From: Nitrospirota bacterium
GTDB lineage: Bacteria; Nitrospirota; UBA9217
NCBI GenBank assembly: GCA_963754875.1
Contig: CAVWHO010000020.1
Location: 384,001-448,000, forward strand
DNA: 64,000 nucleotides
Direction of reading: 5' to 3'
A program made the translations under genes and the position numbers. Positions 52,799 through 63,017 of this stretch are shown one piece after another (the first letter of the stretch is position 1; each line of letters starts with the position of its first letter). The notes beneath the pieces are model-generated. The model was not told where the DNA came from, made no database searches, and saw only the letters and a program-made list of their open reading frames with translations.

Positions 52799-53017
52799 AT
52801 GTCTGGAAGATCAGCGGTTAAATTTATAGAGCTTCTTATTGCATTGGCAATAACTGCATTGGTTTTGTTTGCTATTCGCTTAAAAACAGAAAAGCCTTGG
52901 CCGGTGATTTTAAAAGCTACCGATCGATTTTCTCGATACATTGAAATAGCAACTGTTATCTTCTTGCTGTTAATATTCGCAACATTCTTTTTTATAAATA
53001 ACGGATTCTTTCGTTAA
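52799..53017 (+). CDS. Small two-TM hypothetical protein
   Basis: 72 aa hydrophobic ORF. Confidence 0.45.
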   Translation: MSGRSAVKFIELLIALAITALVLFAIRLKTEKPWPVILKATDRFSRYIEIATVIFLLLIFATFFFINNGFFR

Positions 53018-53204
53018 TTTCGTCACCAAGATTCTCCTGTAGTCGTGGAGTTTCCATTTTCAGCAACAGTGTTTGTATTCCGGTGAATCCGACCCCTGAT
53101 TCCGAAGTTATGCGACCCCGCGTTCCGCTTCAAAGCGACCCCTCCGCTAATTGGGCTGACCAGGCGCTGGGCTGAAGCTACTATCTCACAGGGATTTTGA
53201 CTTG

Positions 53205-53945
53205 TCAACGCTTGATAGATGATTTGCTCTTTCTCATTGACTCTCCTTTCAGTTCTATTTTGTAAGCATTGTGTACCAGACGATCCATGATAGCGTCAGC
53301 TAAGGTCGGGTCGGCCAGGATATCATGCCAGTGCTTTACGGGCATTTGCGTAGTTATGAGAGTTGACCGGCGATCATAGCGGTCCTCGATAATTTCCAGA
53401 AGATCTCTTTGCTGTTCCGTCGTAAGCGGAGCAAGTCCGAAGTCGTCGAGGACAAGAAGGTCTGCTTTAAGAAGAGACTTCATCAGTTTTCGATATCGCC
53501 CGTCATGATGAGAAAGTGCCAGATCTTCCAAGAGTCGTGGCAGCCTTTGATACACGACGGCATGACCGTCCCGGCAGGCCTTATGGGACAGGGCGCAAGC
53601 AAGGTAGCTCTTGCCCACGCCGGTCGGGCCGATGATGAGCAGATTGTGGTGCTCGGTAATCCATTTGTTCGACGCAAGCGACAGAATGAGCGATTTGTCC
53701 AGCCCTCGAGGCTGACGGAAGTCGATGTCTTCAACAGACGCCGAGATTCTCAGTTTTGCAGCTCGTAAGCGCGTAACAAGTCGTCTGTTCTCTCGTTCAG
53801 TCAGCTCTCGGTCAATGAGGAGCCCAAGGCGCTCCTCGAAGCTTAGGGCAGTTGCCTTTTGATTCTGTACTTGTTCACGCAGGGCTTTTGCCATGCCAAA
53901 AAGACGGAGTTGTTCGATCTTGTCGAGTGTGGGATGCGCTAACAT
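53205..53945 (-). CDS. istB: IS21 helper ATPase IstB
   Basis: Near-identical protein to 24254-24994. Confidence 0.95.
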   Translation of the reverse strand: MLAHPTLDKIEQLRLFGMAKALREQVQNQKATALSFEERLGLLIDRELTERENRRLVTRLRAAKLRISASVEDIDFRQPRGLDKSLILSLASNKWITEHHNLLIIGPTGVGKSYLACALSHKACRDGHAVVYQRLPRLLEDLALSHHDGRYRKLMKSLLKADLLVLDDFGLAPLTTEQQRDLLEIIEDRYDRRSTLITTQMPVKHWHDILADPTLADAIMDRLVHNAYKIELKGESMRKSKSSIKR

Positions 53946-53962
53946 AATGATCTCCTTTGAGG

Positions 53963-55504
53963 TTAGTTATAGTATTCGCGGCCACGGATATTGCTGTGAG
54001 TGATCACCGGTGATGCAGGCCTCGACTCCGGCAATGGCTTTTTGTCCAAGCCGGTTTGAAGGATGGATTTGACGCTTCCGAAGCTGGTGCCCCCGATGGC
54101 GAGTGCCCTTTTGCAGGCAGCCTCAACGCGTTCTTTGCCAAACTTCTTGGAAAGGGTGATGATTCCCATGCAGGAGCGAAAGCCTTGTTGCGGATGAAGC
54201 TTCTTTGCGAGAATGGCCGTAACCAGCTCTGCCGTTGATTTGCCGGTTTCCGACGCCCAGCGTATCAGGCGCTCTGGGGTCCAGTCAGCATAGTCCCGAT
54301 GGGACTTCGGCATGTGCTCGGCAAGGGTCGTATGTCTTCCCTTGGCATAAGACCGGATATGTGAGGCCACCCGTTTGTTGTGAAAGAAGACTTCCACAAT
54401 CGATTCCGTTAGCCGTACATCCAGGTATTCATTGCGAAGCTGATAGGGTACGCTGTAATAATGGTCATTGACTTCGACATGGTAATCGATACCGGACCGT
54501 TTTTTTATTTTCCATTCCGCGTATTCGAAGAAAATCGCAGGCAAAGGCTGTAGTGCCGGTTTATCGATCTCCAAAAACCGGCCCATACGGCTGCCGGAGA
54601 GCTTCTTGAAGGGCCGGTTATTGAGTCTATCCAGCAGTTCCCGGATAGCGGCATTGAGCTCTGCAAGGCTGAAAAAGGTGCGGTTCCTGAGGGCAGCCAG
54701 GATCCACCGCTGCACCAGGAGGACCCCGGCTTCTACTTTCGCTTTGTCTTTGGGCTTTCTGACACGGGCCGGAATGACCGCGGCCCCATAATGAACCGCA
54801 AGCTCTTGATAGGTGCGATTGACGCCTGGCTCATAGCGACAGGCCTTGGTGATGCCGGAGAGGAGATTGTCGGGGACCAGGATTTCAGGGACACCGTCGA
54901 TAAACTGCAGCGCCCTAACATGGGAGCCGATCCAGTCCGGCAGACCCTGCGTGTATGTTGCTTCGGCATATGTAAAGTTGCTGGCGCCCAAGACAGCGAC
55001 GAAGATCTGGCAGTCGTGCATCTCTCCAGTGGATTTGTCGATTACCGGGACTGTTTGACCGCAGTAGTCTACAAATAGCTTCTCTCCCGCGTAATGCACC
55101 TGGCGCATGGAGATATCGAGCTTTTTTGCATAAGCTCGGTAGAGTTCCGCGAAGAAAGAATATTGATATCCGTCCGGATATTGCGCTTTGTACTCGTCCC
55201 ACAGAAGCGTCAGGGTAACGCTTTTACGTGCAAGCTCGCGGTGGACGTCCTCCCAGACCGGAAGCGGGCGCGGGGAATCGGAAAGAATTACAGGTGGGAA
55301 GAGAAGATGCTCAAGAGCGGCGTCGTCCAGTTCTGCCGGCAGAGGCCATGATAGGCTGGCCTTCTCTGCTCGCCTCAAATACTCGATAACCGTGCTCTTG
55401 GCGATGCCACAGCTTTTGGCGATGGCACGGCGACCCAGGCCGCAGGACCATTTTAGGCGTAAGACTTCTTTGATTGTTCGCATAGGTATTCTTTCTCTCG
55501 TCAT
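53963..55504 (-). CDS. istA: IS21 transposase IstA
   Basis: Highly similar to 25013-26554. Confidence 0.95.
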   Translation of the reverse strand: MTRERIPMRTIKEVLRLKWSCGLGRRAIAKSCGIAKSTVIEYLRRAEKASLSWPLPAELDDAALEHLLFPPVILSDSPRPLPVWEDVHRELARKSVTLTLLWDEYKAQYPDGYQYSFFAELYRAYAKKLDISMRQVHYAGEKLFVDYCGQTVPVIDKSTGEMHDCQIFVAVLGASNFTYAEATYTQGLPDWIGSHVRALQFIDGVPEILVPDNLLSGITKACRYEPGVNRTYQELAVHYGAAVIPARVRKPKDKAKVEAGVLLVQRWILAALRNRTFFSLAELNAAIRELLDRLNNRPFKKLSGSRMGRFLEIDKPALQPLPAIFFEYAEWKIKKRSGIDYHVEVNDHYYSVPYQLRNEYLDVRLTESIVEVFFHNKRVASHIRSYAKGRHTTLAEHMPKSHRDYADWTPERLIRWASETGKSTAELVTAILAKKLHPQQGFRSCMGIITLSKKFGKERVEAACKRALAIGGTSFGSVKSILQTGLDKKPLPESRPASPVITHSNIRGREYYN

Positions 55505-55930
55505 CCGGATCTCCTCAGAGGCGTATTTGAAGGAGGCAGGATATACGAATTTATAGAATTTACCCAGCGTCGATTTGTGGATTAGCGAATGACCGAATTG
55601 AATCGGAATGGTGGGTCGGATACCACCGGAATCGTGGGTCGGATTAAAACGGAATCAGGGGTCGGATAACAGCGGAATGGTGGGTCGGTTAGGACCGGAA
55701 TACTCAAACAGTGTAGTTATCACTCTGTAGTCGATAACTGCATGCCCCGAAAATACACCAATTTTGTTCTTCCCTTTCACCGCATCTTTTTTTATACTAC
55801 AAAATGAGATGACATAAGTGCCCGACCTGCTCATTGTGGAACTGGATTGCGCAATTTTCGAGGGGGGTGCTGAGTACAGGGGCTGCTCAATAAAGAGTTG
55901 GGCCTCATAAATAACAAGGAGTGCATAGAA

Positions 55931-56641
55931 ATGGTCTTAACACGATCTCAAGCGCAAACCTTTTACGACCGCTTCGGAAGAAGACAGGATGCACAGGCTT
56001 TTTATGAAGATGCAGCCTTAGATGACTTGATCGCCCATGCTGCATTCGAAAAAGCAGAAAACGTTTTCGAGCTTGGGTGCGGTACGGGCCGCTTCGCACA
56101 CCGCCTGCTGTCAAAGCATCTGCCTCCCCTCGCTACGTATTTTGGCATCGACCTAAGTCAGACAATGACGGATCTTGCGGGGGAACGAATATCATTATTC
56201 GGAGAGCGTGCTAAAGTAGCTCGATCAGACGGCTCCATGCGCTTTCCGCTTTCCAATCGTTCAGTCGATCGAATCGTCTCGACCTATGTGCTTGACCTCC
56301 TGTCGGACACAGACACCCGAGAAGCAATATCCGAAGCGAGCCGGGTACTCAGGCCGAGCGGAAAGCTATGCTTAGTGAGTCTCACAAACGGTGTTACGTT
56401 TTCATCGCGGATCGTTTCTACGCTATGGTCGGCCGTATTTGGTTTGTACGCGCCCTTGGCAGGAGGCTGTCGACCAATTAAGCTCGATTCTTACTTTGAT
56501 CACCAAAGTTGGTCGATAGATTATCGAAACGTGGTCACCCAGTTTGGGGTGCCATCAGAGGTGCTTATTGCAAGTCTCAAAGGCTCGCCCAACAAGACGT
56601 TCAAAGCGGACGTCAATCCTGCGGAAGGAGGTAACCTGTGA
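55931..56641 (+). CDS. Class I SAM-dependent methyltransferase
   Basis: VFELGCGTG, GIDLS, DRIVSTYVLDL, RVLRPSG. Confidence 0.9.
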   Translation: MVLTRSQAQTFYDRFGRRQDAQAFYEDAALDDLIAHAAFEKAENVFELGCGTGRFAHRLLSKHLPPLATYFGIDLSQTMTDLAGERISLFGERAKVARSDGSMRFPLSNRSVDRIVSTYVLDLLSDTDTREAISEASRVLRPSGKLCLVSLTNGVTFSSRIVSTLWSAVFGLYAPLAGGCRPIKLDSYFDHQSWSIDYRNVVTQFGVPSEVLIASLKGSPNKTFKADVNPAEGGNL

Positions 56642-57417
56642 TTTCCAGTGCTAAGCTGCTGTTTGTGATAGTCGCTAGCTCAGCGTTGCTCGCCGCTCGA
56701 AATATCGGGTTTGCCTCACCCGATCCAACCGCGCTGGTCAAGGCCGCGCTGCATCACTGGCGCGGTTACAGTTCCTACACGGAAGTGGAGATGACCATTC
56801 ACCGGCCCGCGTGGCAGCGCAGCATGGTCATGGCAGCCTGGACCCGGGGCGACGCGGATTCATTGGTACGCTTTACGAAACCGGCAGGGGACGCGGGGAA
56901 TGCGACCCTGAAGCTCGGCCAGTCGCTCTGGCTCTTTAACCCGAAACTGAGCCAGGTCATCCAGATACCATTTTCCATGATGGCGCAGAACTGGATGGGG
57001 TCTGATTTTTCCTACAATGATTTCGCCAAGTCTGACCAGGTGGTGACCGACTATTCGCACAGCCTGGGCCCAATCGAAAAAAGCGGGGACCACACGATCT
57101 ACACCGTGGTTTGTCTGCCCAAGCCGGGCGCTCCGATCGTGTGGGGCAAGCAGGAACTCAAAGTCCGCGACGACGATGTCCTGATTGCGGAGACGTTCTT
57201 TGACCAGGACATGAAGCCGGTGCGCAGGCTCGAAACAACGAAGATCGCGCCGCTGGGAGGCATGCCCTATCCTGTGATGATGCGCATGAGCACGCTGGAT
57301 AAGCCCGGGCAGTGGACGGAGATGCGGTATACGCAAGGCGCCTTCAACATCGCTTTGCCGGATTATCTGTTCACGCTTTCCAACCTGCGGAATCCCCGGC
57401 ACTGGAGCGCGCCATGA
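56638..57417 (+). CDS. Outer-membrane lipoprotein-sorting protein (LolA-like fold)
   Basis: Signal peptide, WMGSDFSYND, FTLSNLRNPR; heads an ABC operon. Confidence 0.85.
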   Translation: MISSAKLLFVIVASSALLAARNIGFASPDPTALVKAALHHWRGYSSYTEVEMTIHRPAWQRSMVMAAWTRGDADSLVRFTKPAGDAGNATLKLGQSLWLFNPKLSQVIQIPFSMMAQNWMGSDFSYNDFAKSDQVVTDYSHSLGPIEKSGDHTIYTVVCLPKPGAPIVWGKQELKVRDDDVLIAETFFDQDMKPVRRLETTKIAPLGGMPYPVMMRMSTLDKPGQWTEMRYTQGAFNIALPDYLFTLSNLRNPRHWSAP

Positions 57418-58634
57418 TCGCGCTTGCCTGGCGCAATATCTGGCGACAGCCGCGGCGAACGCTCCTGACCGTGTCTGCCATCGCCTTTGCCTGCATGATC
57501 ATGGTCTTCCTGCTCGCCCTGCAGGTGGGGACCTATGCAGGCATGGAGGACAACAGCCTGAGCCTGTTCGACGGGTATGCCCAGATCCAGAAGCCGGGAT
57601 ACCTGGATGACCCCGGCATCGACAAATCCTTTGTCTTCCCTGAAACGCTTGTGCAAGAGATCGGCAAGGTTCCCGGCATCACCGTTGTGGCAGGCCGGGC
57701 GCAGACCTATGCTTTGCTGACCAGGACCAATACGCAGCGCAGCATGGCAGCGATGATCGTGGGCGTGCAGCCGGATATCGAACAGCGCGTTTCGCGTCTC
57801 GCCAACTCGATTAGAAACGGCCGCTATCTGCAGGACAACGCAGCCGAAGCAGTGCTGGGCGAGGCGCTTGCACGAAACCTCGATGTCCGGCCCGGCGACA
57901 GCGTGACGCTGCTCGGCATGGGTCGGGACGGGTCCGTGGCCGCGGACGTACTGATCGTCGCGGGAATCTTCTCGAGCGGGGTGCAGGATCTCGATCGACA
58001 AGTGGTGGAAATCCCGCTCAGCCGATTTCAGGCTGATTTCGCCATGCCCGGAGAAATTCACAGTCTGGTCATCTCCGGACCATCTCTTGCTTCCGTTGAC
58101 CGCGGCCTGCCGGCCCTTCGCAGCCTCACGGAACAACGCAATTTGCGCGTGCTGAATTGGGGAGAACTCGAACCCGGCCTTAAGGACGCGATCCGCCTCG
58201 ATGCCAGCAGCTCGATGCTTTGGTATGTCGTCCTTATCGTCGTGGTGATTGCGATCCTGCTGAACACCATCCTGATGTCGATCCTGGAACGGACCCGCGA
58301 ATTCGGAATTATGCTGGCTCTCGGCATGCGGCCGTCAACCGTGGGCAGCATGGTCTGGATCGAGATCCTGATGCTCCTGCTCGTGGGACTCGCGGCCGGC
58401 ATCGCAGTCGGCGCATCAGCAGCAGGATGGTTCGCAATCCATGGAATCGCGCTTCCCGGAGCCGAAGGCGCATTTGCCCAGTGGGGCATGCCCGGCAAGC
58501 TCTATCCGAAGCTCACGCTCTTCAGCCTCTTTGCGGCGCCCGCGGCCATAGCCGTGTTCACCGCGGCGGCAGGCATCATCCCCTTTATCAGGCTTCGCAG
58601 GCTCGAACCGGTTGCCGCAATGAGGGCCACGTGA
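57414..58634 (+). CDS. LolC/E (FtsX-like) ABC permease
   Basis: LAWRNIWR.PRRT, MSILERTREFG.MLALGM. Confidence 0.9.
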   Translation: MIALAWRNIWRQPRRTLLTVSAIAFACMIMVFLLALQVGTYAGMEDNSLSLFDGYAQIQKPGYLDDPGIDKSFVFPETLVQEIGKVPGITVVAGRAQTYALLTRTNTQRSMAAMIVGVQPDIEQRVSRLANSIRNGRYLQDNAAEAVLGEALARNLDVRPGDSVTLLGMGRDGSVAADVLIVAGIFSSGVQDLDRQVVEIPLSRFQADFAMPGEIHSLVISGPSLASVDRGLPALRSLTEQRNLRVLNWGELEPGLKDAIRLDASSSMLWYVVLIVVVIAILLNTILMSILERTREFGIMLALGMRPSTVGSMVWIEILMLLLVGLAAGIAVGASAAGWFAIHGIALPGAEGAFAQWGMPGKLYPKLTLFSLFAAPAAIAVFTAAAGIIPFIRLRRLEPVAAMRAT

Positions 58635-59863
58635 TGGAAAAGTCCGGACTGCTCTTTTCGCTCGCCTGGAGAAATCTCTGGCGCAATCCGCGGCGGACCG
58701 CGCTGGTGCTGTTCGCCGTGGCAGTCGGCGTGTGGTCCATGCTGACCTGCACTGCGCTGCTCCAGGCATGGAACGCAAGCAGCCTCGACGCCGCGCTCAA
58801 AGACATGACCGGCCAGGGCCAGATTCACGGCCGGGGATATCTCGACGATCCCGGCGTGGGCCATCGCATGCCGTCTCCGTCAGGACCGCTGCTGGCGCTG
58901 CTGAAGGAGGCCGAGGTCATGCAGTGGGCGCCGCGCGTGCGAGTGCCTGCTGCAATCCAGAGCGAGTATGAGACCTGGCCTGTGAGCATGATAGGGATCG
59001 ATCAAAAACAGGAGCAGGGCCTGTCGTTCATTGCCACAGCGGTGACCGAAGGCCAATCACTCGCAACCGGTCATGATCCGGCCATCCTGCTCGGGCGCAA
59101 ACTGGCGAAGCGGCTGCATACCGCGATCAACAAGCGGGTCGTGCTCATGAGCCAGGACAGTTCAGGAGCCCTGGCCGAGCGCGGCTTCCGCGTCGTGGGA
59201 TTGTTTTCCGCCGCGCCCGAGGCTGAAGACCGCTACGTATTCATCGGCATTGCGCAGGCGCAGGACATGCTCCGCATGGGCCACGACATTTCGGAGATCG
59301 CGTTCGATCTCCGCGACAGGACCGGACTTCCGGCTTTCATCACCCGACTCCGGCAAGCAGCCCCGGACCTGGATATCCAGTCTTGGGAAACGCTCCGTCC
59401 CCTGACCAAGGCGATTACCCGGATGATGGACGGCTTTATCCAGGTCTGGATCGTGATCATGTTCGTGCTGATGGCGTTCGGGATCGTCAACACCCTCATG
59501 ATGTCGCTCCATGAACGGGTGCGGGAACTGGCGCTGTTGCAGGCCCTGGGCCTGCGGCCCGGTCTCATCTTCGGCCAGGTTACGCTGGAATCCGCGCTCC
59601 TGGTCGTGCTGGGCATCGCGAGCGGAGCCGGCCTGGCGTTCGCAACGATACAGTTCTTCCACAACGGCCTCGACCTGGGGTTCCTTGCCCGGGGGGCCCA
59701 ATGGTTCGGTGCGGGCAAGGTGCTCTACCCGCGGCTCACGGCATCGCAGTATATGGATATCGGGCTTCTCGTTTGGGTGTTGGGGATTCTCGCGGGTCTC
59801 CTGCCCACGTGGCGCATCGTGCGGCAGGTGCCCATGGAGGCTATCAGCAGGAGCACGACGTGA
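58634..59863 (+). CDS. LolC/E (FtsX-like) ABC permease
   Basis: LAWRNLWRNPRRT, MSLHERVRELALLQALG. Confidence 0.9.
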   Translation: MEKSGLLFSLAWRNLWRNPRRTALVLFAVAVGVWSMLTCTALLQAWNASSLDAALKDMTGQGQIHGRGYLDDPGVGHRMPSPSGPLLALLKEAEVMQWAPRVRVPAAIQSEYETWPVSMIGIDQKQEQGLSFIATAVTEGQSLATGHDPAILLGRKLAKRLHTAINKRVVLMSQDSSGALAERGFRVVGLFSAAPEAEDRYVFIGIAQAQDMLRMGHDISEIAFDLRDRTGLPAFITRLRQAAPDLDIQSWETLRPLTKAITRMMDGFIQVWIVIMFVLMAFGIVNTLMMSLHERVRELALLQALGLRPGLIFGQVTLESALLVVLGIASGAGLAFATIQFFHNGLDLGFLARGAQWFGAGKVLYPRLTASQYMDIGLLVWVLGILAGLLPTWRIVRQVPMEAISRSTT

Positions 59864-59933
59864 TGTTTTTAACATATTTTTCGATATGGCACCAAGAATT
59901 TTGAGCTGCGTTTTACGGCAAAGGCAAAAATCG

Positions 59934-60019
59934 ATTTTCACACAAAGGCACGAAGCACACAAAGAAAGACTTTCAGACGCTTCACCCTTCGTGCTCTTTG
60001 TGTCTTCGTGTGAGATCGT
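59934..60019. repeat. Palindromic REP-like element, copy 2
   Basis: ATTTTCACACAAAGGCACGAAGCAC...GTGCTCTTTGTGTCTTCGTGTGAGATCGT. Confidence 0.75.
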
Positions 60020-60086
60020 TTCATGCTTTGCATTATTGAGTCCTTCGCGATGAACGATTTCGACGTAACGTGGACAGGAGCCCTTT

Positions 60087-60776
60087 ATGGAACCGATCGT
60101 GATCTGCAGTAAGCTGAGCAAGGTCTACGGCGAAGGCGCGACCGAGGTGCACGCCCTGCGTGACGTGGACCTGGAAATTCGGAAAGGCGAGTTCCTGAGC
60201 CTGTCCGGTCCGTCCGGTTCGGGCAAGACCACGCTTCTCAACCACATCGGCGGGCTCGACCGGCCTACGAGCGGCGAAGTCACGGTTGACGGGCAGAAGC
60301 TCAATGAGCTGGACAAGGGGACGCTTGCTGATCTGCGGCTCAAAAAGATCGGGTTCGTGTTCCAGGCCTATAACCTGATCCCGGTCTTGAGCGCCTATGA
60401 AAACGTGGAGTTCATTCTCCAATTGCAGGGCGTGGGTGCGCAAAAGCGCCGCGCACGGGCGCGCGAAATGCTCGCCGAGGTCGGGTTGGAGGGGCTCGGC
60501 AACCGCAGGCCGGGCGAGCTCTCAGGAGGACAGCAGCAGCGCGTTGCCGTCGCCCGCGCCATGGCTTCCACGCCCGCTATCATCCTCGCGGATGAACCGA
60601 GCGCGAACCTCGATTCCAATGCAACGGATGGCCTGCTCGCGCTCATGAGCAGGCTGAACGAAACACGCGGAGTAACGTTCTGCGTTGCGAGTCACGATCC
60701 GCGCGTTATCGCACATACGCGGCGGAAGGTGCGTCTGCGCGACGGCGGGATTGAAACGGATGAACGAATCTCATGA
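60087..60776 (+). CDS. ABC ATP-binding protein, LolD-like
   Basis: GPSGSGKTT, LSGGQQQRVAVARA, LADEP. Confidence 0.95.
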   Translation: MEPIVICSKLSKVYGEGATEVHALRDVDLEIRKGEFLSLSGPSGSGKTTLLNHIGGLDRPTSGEVTVDGQKLNELDKGTLADLRLKKIGFVFQAYNLIPVLSAYENVEFILQLQGVGAQKRRARAREMLAEVGLEGLGNRRPGELSGGQQQRVAVARAMASTPAIILADEPSANLDSNATDGLLALMSRLNETRGVTFCVASHDPRVIAHTRRKVRLRDGGIETDERIS

Positions 60777-62038
60777 GAAGATGCCGGGGACCGTTGTTCA
60801 TCGCCCTTTGCCTCGTGCTTTCAGTCCATGAGGCTGCCCATGCGGGAATCAAGGGCGAGGTCGATCTGGAGAGCGGGTATGCAGCCAATACCCATGACAG
60901 CCTGGACGCGGCTCTTGGCGAGCAGCGCCGATGGGACCAGTCATTGACAGCCCGGTTCATGTGGTCGGATACGTTTTCGTCGGGCTGGAATTTCGATGCC
61001 GCGTATCTCGCTGTTGCGCGCTACGGCCTTGGCGTGGAGCTGCTGCGCAAGGAGCGCGCGAACGACCCGTTCTTTCCCGTTGATCCGGACCGGACTGCTT
61101 TGTGGCATCTGAACCATGTCCTGACTGATCGCGATCAGACGTACACCGAACATCGTCTCGACCGGTTGTCAGCTGGCTACAGCACCAGCCACCTCGTGCT
61201 GAAGGTCGGACGCCAGGCGCTCACCTGGGGCAGCGGCCTCGTGTTCCACCCCATGGACCTGTTCAATCCCTTCCCCCCGAACGCAACCTACACAGCATAC
61301 AAGCCGGGCACGGACATGCTCTATGGACAATGGCTGTTCGAAAGCGGATCGGATGTCCAGGGCGTGGCCGTTCCCCGGCGCGATCTGAATACGGGCAATG
61401 TCACGGAAGACCAATCATCAGCCGGGATCAAGTGGCATGGTTTCTTCGGTCGGGACCAGACGATCAGCATGGACCTGCTGCTGGCACAGAACTACCGGAC
61501 GCAGGTGTTCGGGGTCGGCGTGAGCGGCCCTTTGAGCGGCGCAACCTGGAATGTCGAGGTTGTGCCGACGCGCAGTGACGACAATTCCGTGCTCACCTCG
61601 TTTCTTGCCAACGCTCAATATGCATGGGTAGGGAATGAAAAGAACGTGAACGCGTATATCGAATACTTCCATAACAGCTTCGGCGTGAGCGGAACCGGGC
61701 ATACGTTGTCCGACCTTCCGGTATCACTGACCGAACGACTCAGCCGCGGCGAGCTTTTCACGATGTCGAGCAATTACCTCGGAACAGGTGTCGATATCCA
61801 GTGGACGCCGCTATGGGACTTGAAACCGTCGGTCATCTCGAATCTCGACGACGCCAGCATACTGCTGATCGGGCAGGCGATCTACAGCCTTACGCAAAAC
61901 ACGAACCTGACCTTGGGATTTCAATGGGGCCTTGGCGGCCGGGGGACCGAGTACGGCGGCCTGGAGACTGTGCAGGGATCAGGAATCTATGCAGTTCCAG
62001 CCAATCAAGCCTACATTAGGCTTACTTGGTATTTCTAA
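60773..62038 (+). CDS. Hypothetical outer-membrane beta-barrel
   Basis: Signal peptide, VGRQALTWG, C-terminal YIRLTWYF. Confidence 0.8.
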   Translation: MRRCRGPLFIALCLVLSVHEAAHAGIKGEVDLESGYAANTHDSLDAALGEQRRWDQSLTARFMWSDTFSSGWNFDAAYLAVARYGLGVELLRKERANDPFFPVDPDRTALWHLNHVLTDRDQTYTEHRLDRLSAGYSTSHLVLKVGRQALTWGSGLVFHPMDLFNPFPPNATYTAYKPGTDMLYGQWLFESGSDVQGVAVPRRDLNTGNVTEDQSSAGIKWHGFFGRDQTISMDLLLAQNYRTQVFGVGVSGPLSGATWNVEVVPTRSDDNSVLTSFLANAQYAWVGNEKNVNAYIEYFHNSFGVSGTGHTLSDLPVSLTERLSRGELFTMSSNYLGTGVDIQWTPLWDLKPSVISNLDDASILLIGQAIYSLTQNTNLTLGFQWGLGGRGTEYGGLETVQGSGIYAVPANQAYIRLTWYF

Positions 62039-62519
62039 TTGTAAATATTATTTCGTGTGAAGATACTTCTCATTCAGAGAAAAGTAGTGAGCGAAAGTAA
62101 AAAGATAAGATCGATGAGGAGAACGGCGTGGAACATGATGATGCCAACAATTTAGTTCGAGAGGCCACGAAAACTGCGGACCGCAGGGCTGTCATGTATA
62201 ATTTTTCAACCTGAATTCTGCAGTGATTTTTTGTCAACGGGACCGCAAGATTGTAGGTGAAAGTCGCAAAATCCGGCATCATTTCTTTGCGCAGTTGAAT
62301 TCAGTTGAATGCAAAATTAATTGCTCATTAACCGCATAAAATCAAGACTTCAGACAGAACTCATCATCCGCTGCATTACTAAAATATATTCTAAAATATA
62401 TTCCTCTCTGATCTTCAGATAAATCGCTAGTTCAATTCTGAAGTGAAACACGTTGGTATGCAGGAAGTGATCTACGGTCCGTGTGGGAAAGAACTGCTTA
62501 AACGCATGACATTTTGCAA

Positions 62520-62708
62520 CTATTCCCGGGTAATTCCTGCTTTCGATCGTGCTTTTAATAGCGCCTCCAATTCCGCATAATCATTTTCAAGCGAATCGTA
62601 TGCGGTCCTTACCTCGGGTTTTGACAGCAGACGTGTATTATCCTCGGTAGTATGAGGAAGGGGTTTGAATTGTTCCGACATCAGTTTATCAAAGCGTTTT
62701 TTATCCAT
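62520..62708 (-). pseudogene. Truncated HTH antitoxin remnant
   Basis: FKPLPH...AYDSLENDY...LLKARSKAGIT, similar to 48628-49011 but stops at the start of the HTH. Confidence 0.6.
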
Positions 62709-62930
62709 GATGTACCTGTGGAGAAACGACAGCAGCGGATTTGGAATTCCCTATCGAAATATAAAGATGCTTACGTATCTCTCGAATATTTCAATGAAAA
62801 TATTTGACGAGATTTTATTCAGCAGATATTTTTTTGCAAACTCCCAAGAAATGAACTTCACAATAACTTCACACGAAATAGAAAAGGGGACAGCTGGCTT
62901 CAGCTAACCTCTTAATCTAATTATTTATTT

Positions 62931-62975
62931 TGGTGGAGCTGAGGGGGATCGAACCCCTGACCCCAAGACTGCCAG
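62931..62975 (-). pseudogene. 3' half of tRNA-Ala(GGC), an att-site fragment
   Basis: Minus strand CTGGCAGTCTTGGGGTCAGGGGTTCGATCCCCCTCAGCTCCACCA; no D arm or 5' acceptor strand upstream. Confidence 0.85.
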
Positions 62976-63017
62976 ACAAGCCTGGAAAATAAGGGATTTT
63001 GGATATTATTGAACTTT

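Larger units (their letters stand above)
53072..55706 (-). mobile_element. IS21-family element, copy B
   Basis: Ends TTTGTATTCCGGT / ACCGGAATACTCA, subterminal GGTCGG repeats, 7 bp duplication AACAGTG (53065-53071 and 55707-55713). Confidence 0.9.

Noticed and set aside
62931..62975. Intact tRNA-Ala gene
   Set aside because: Only the anticodon loop to CCA is present; the 5' half is missing
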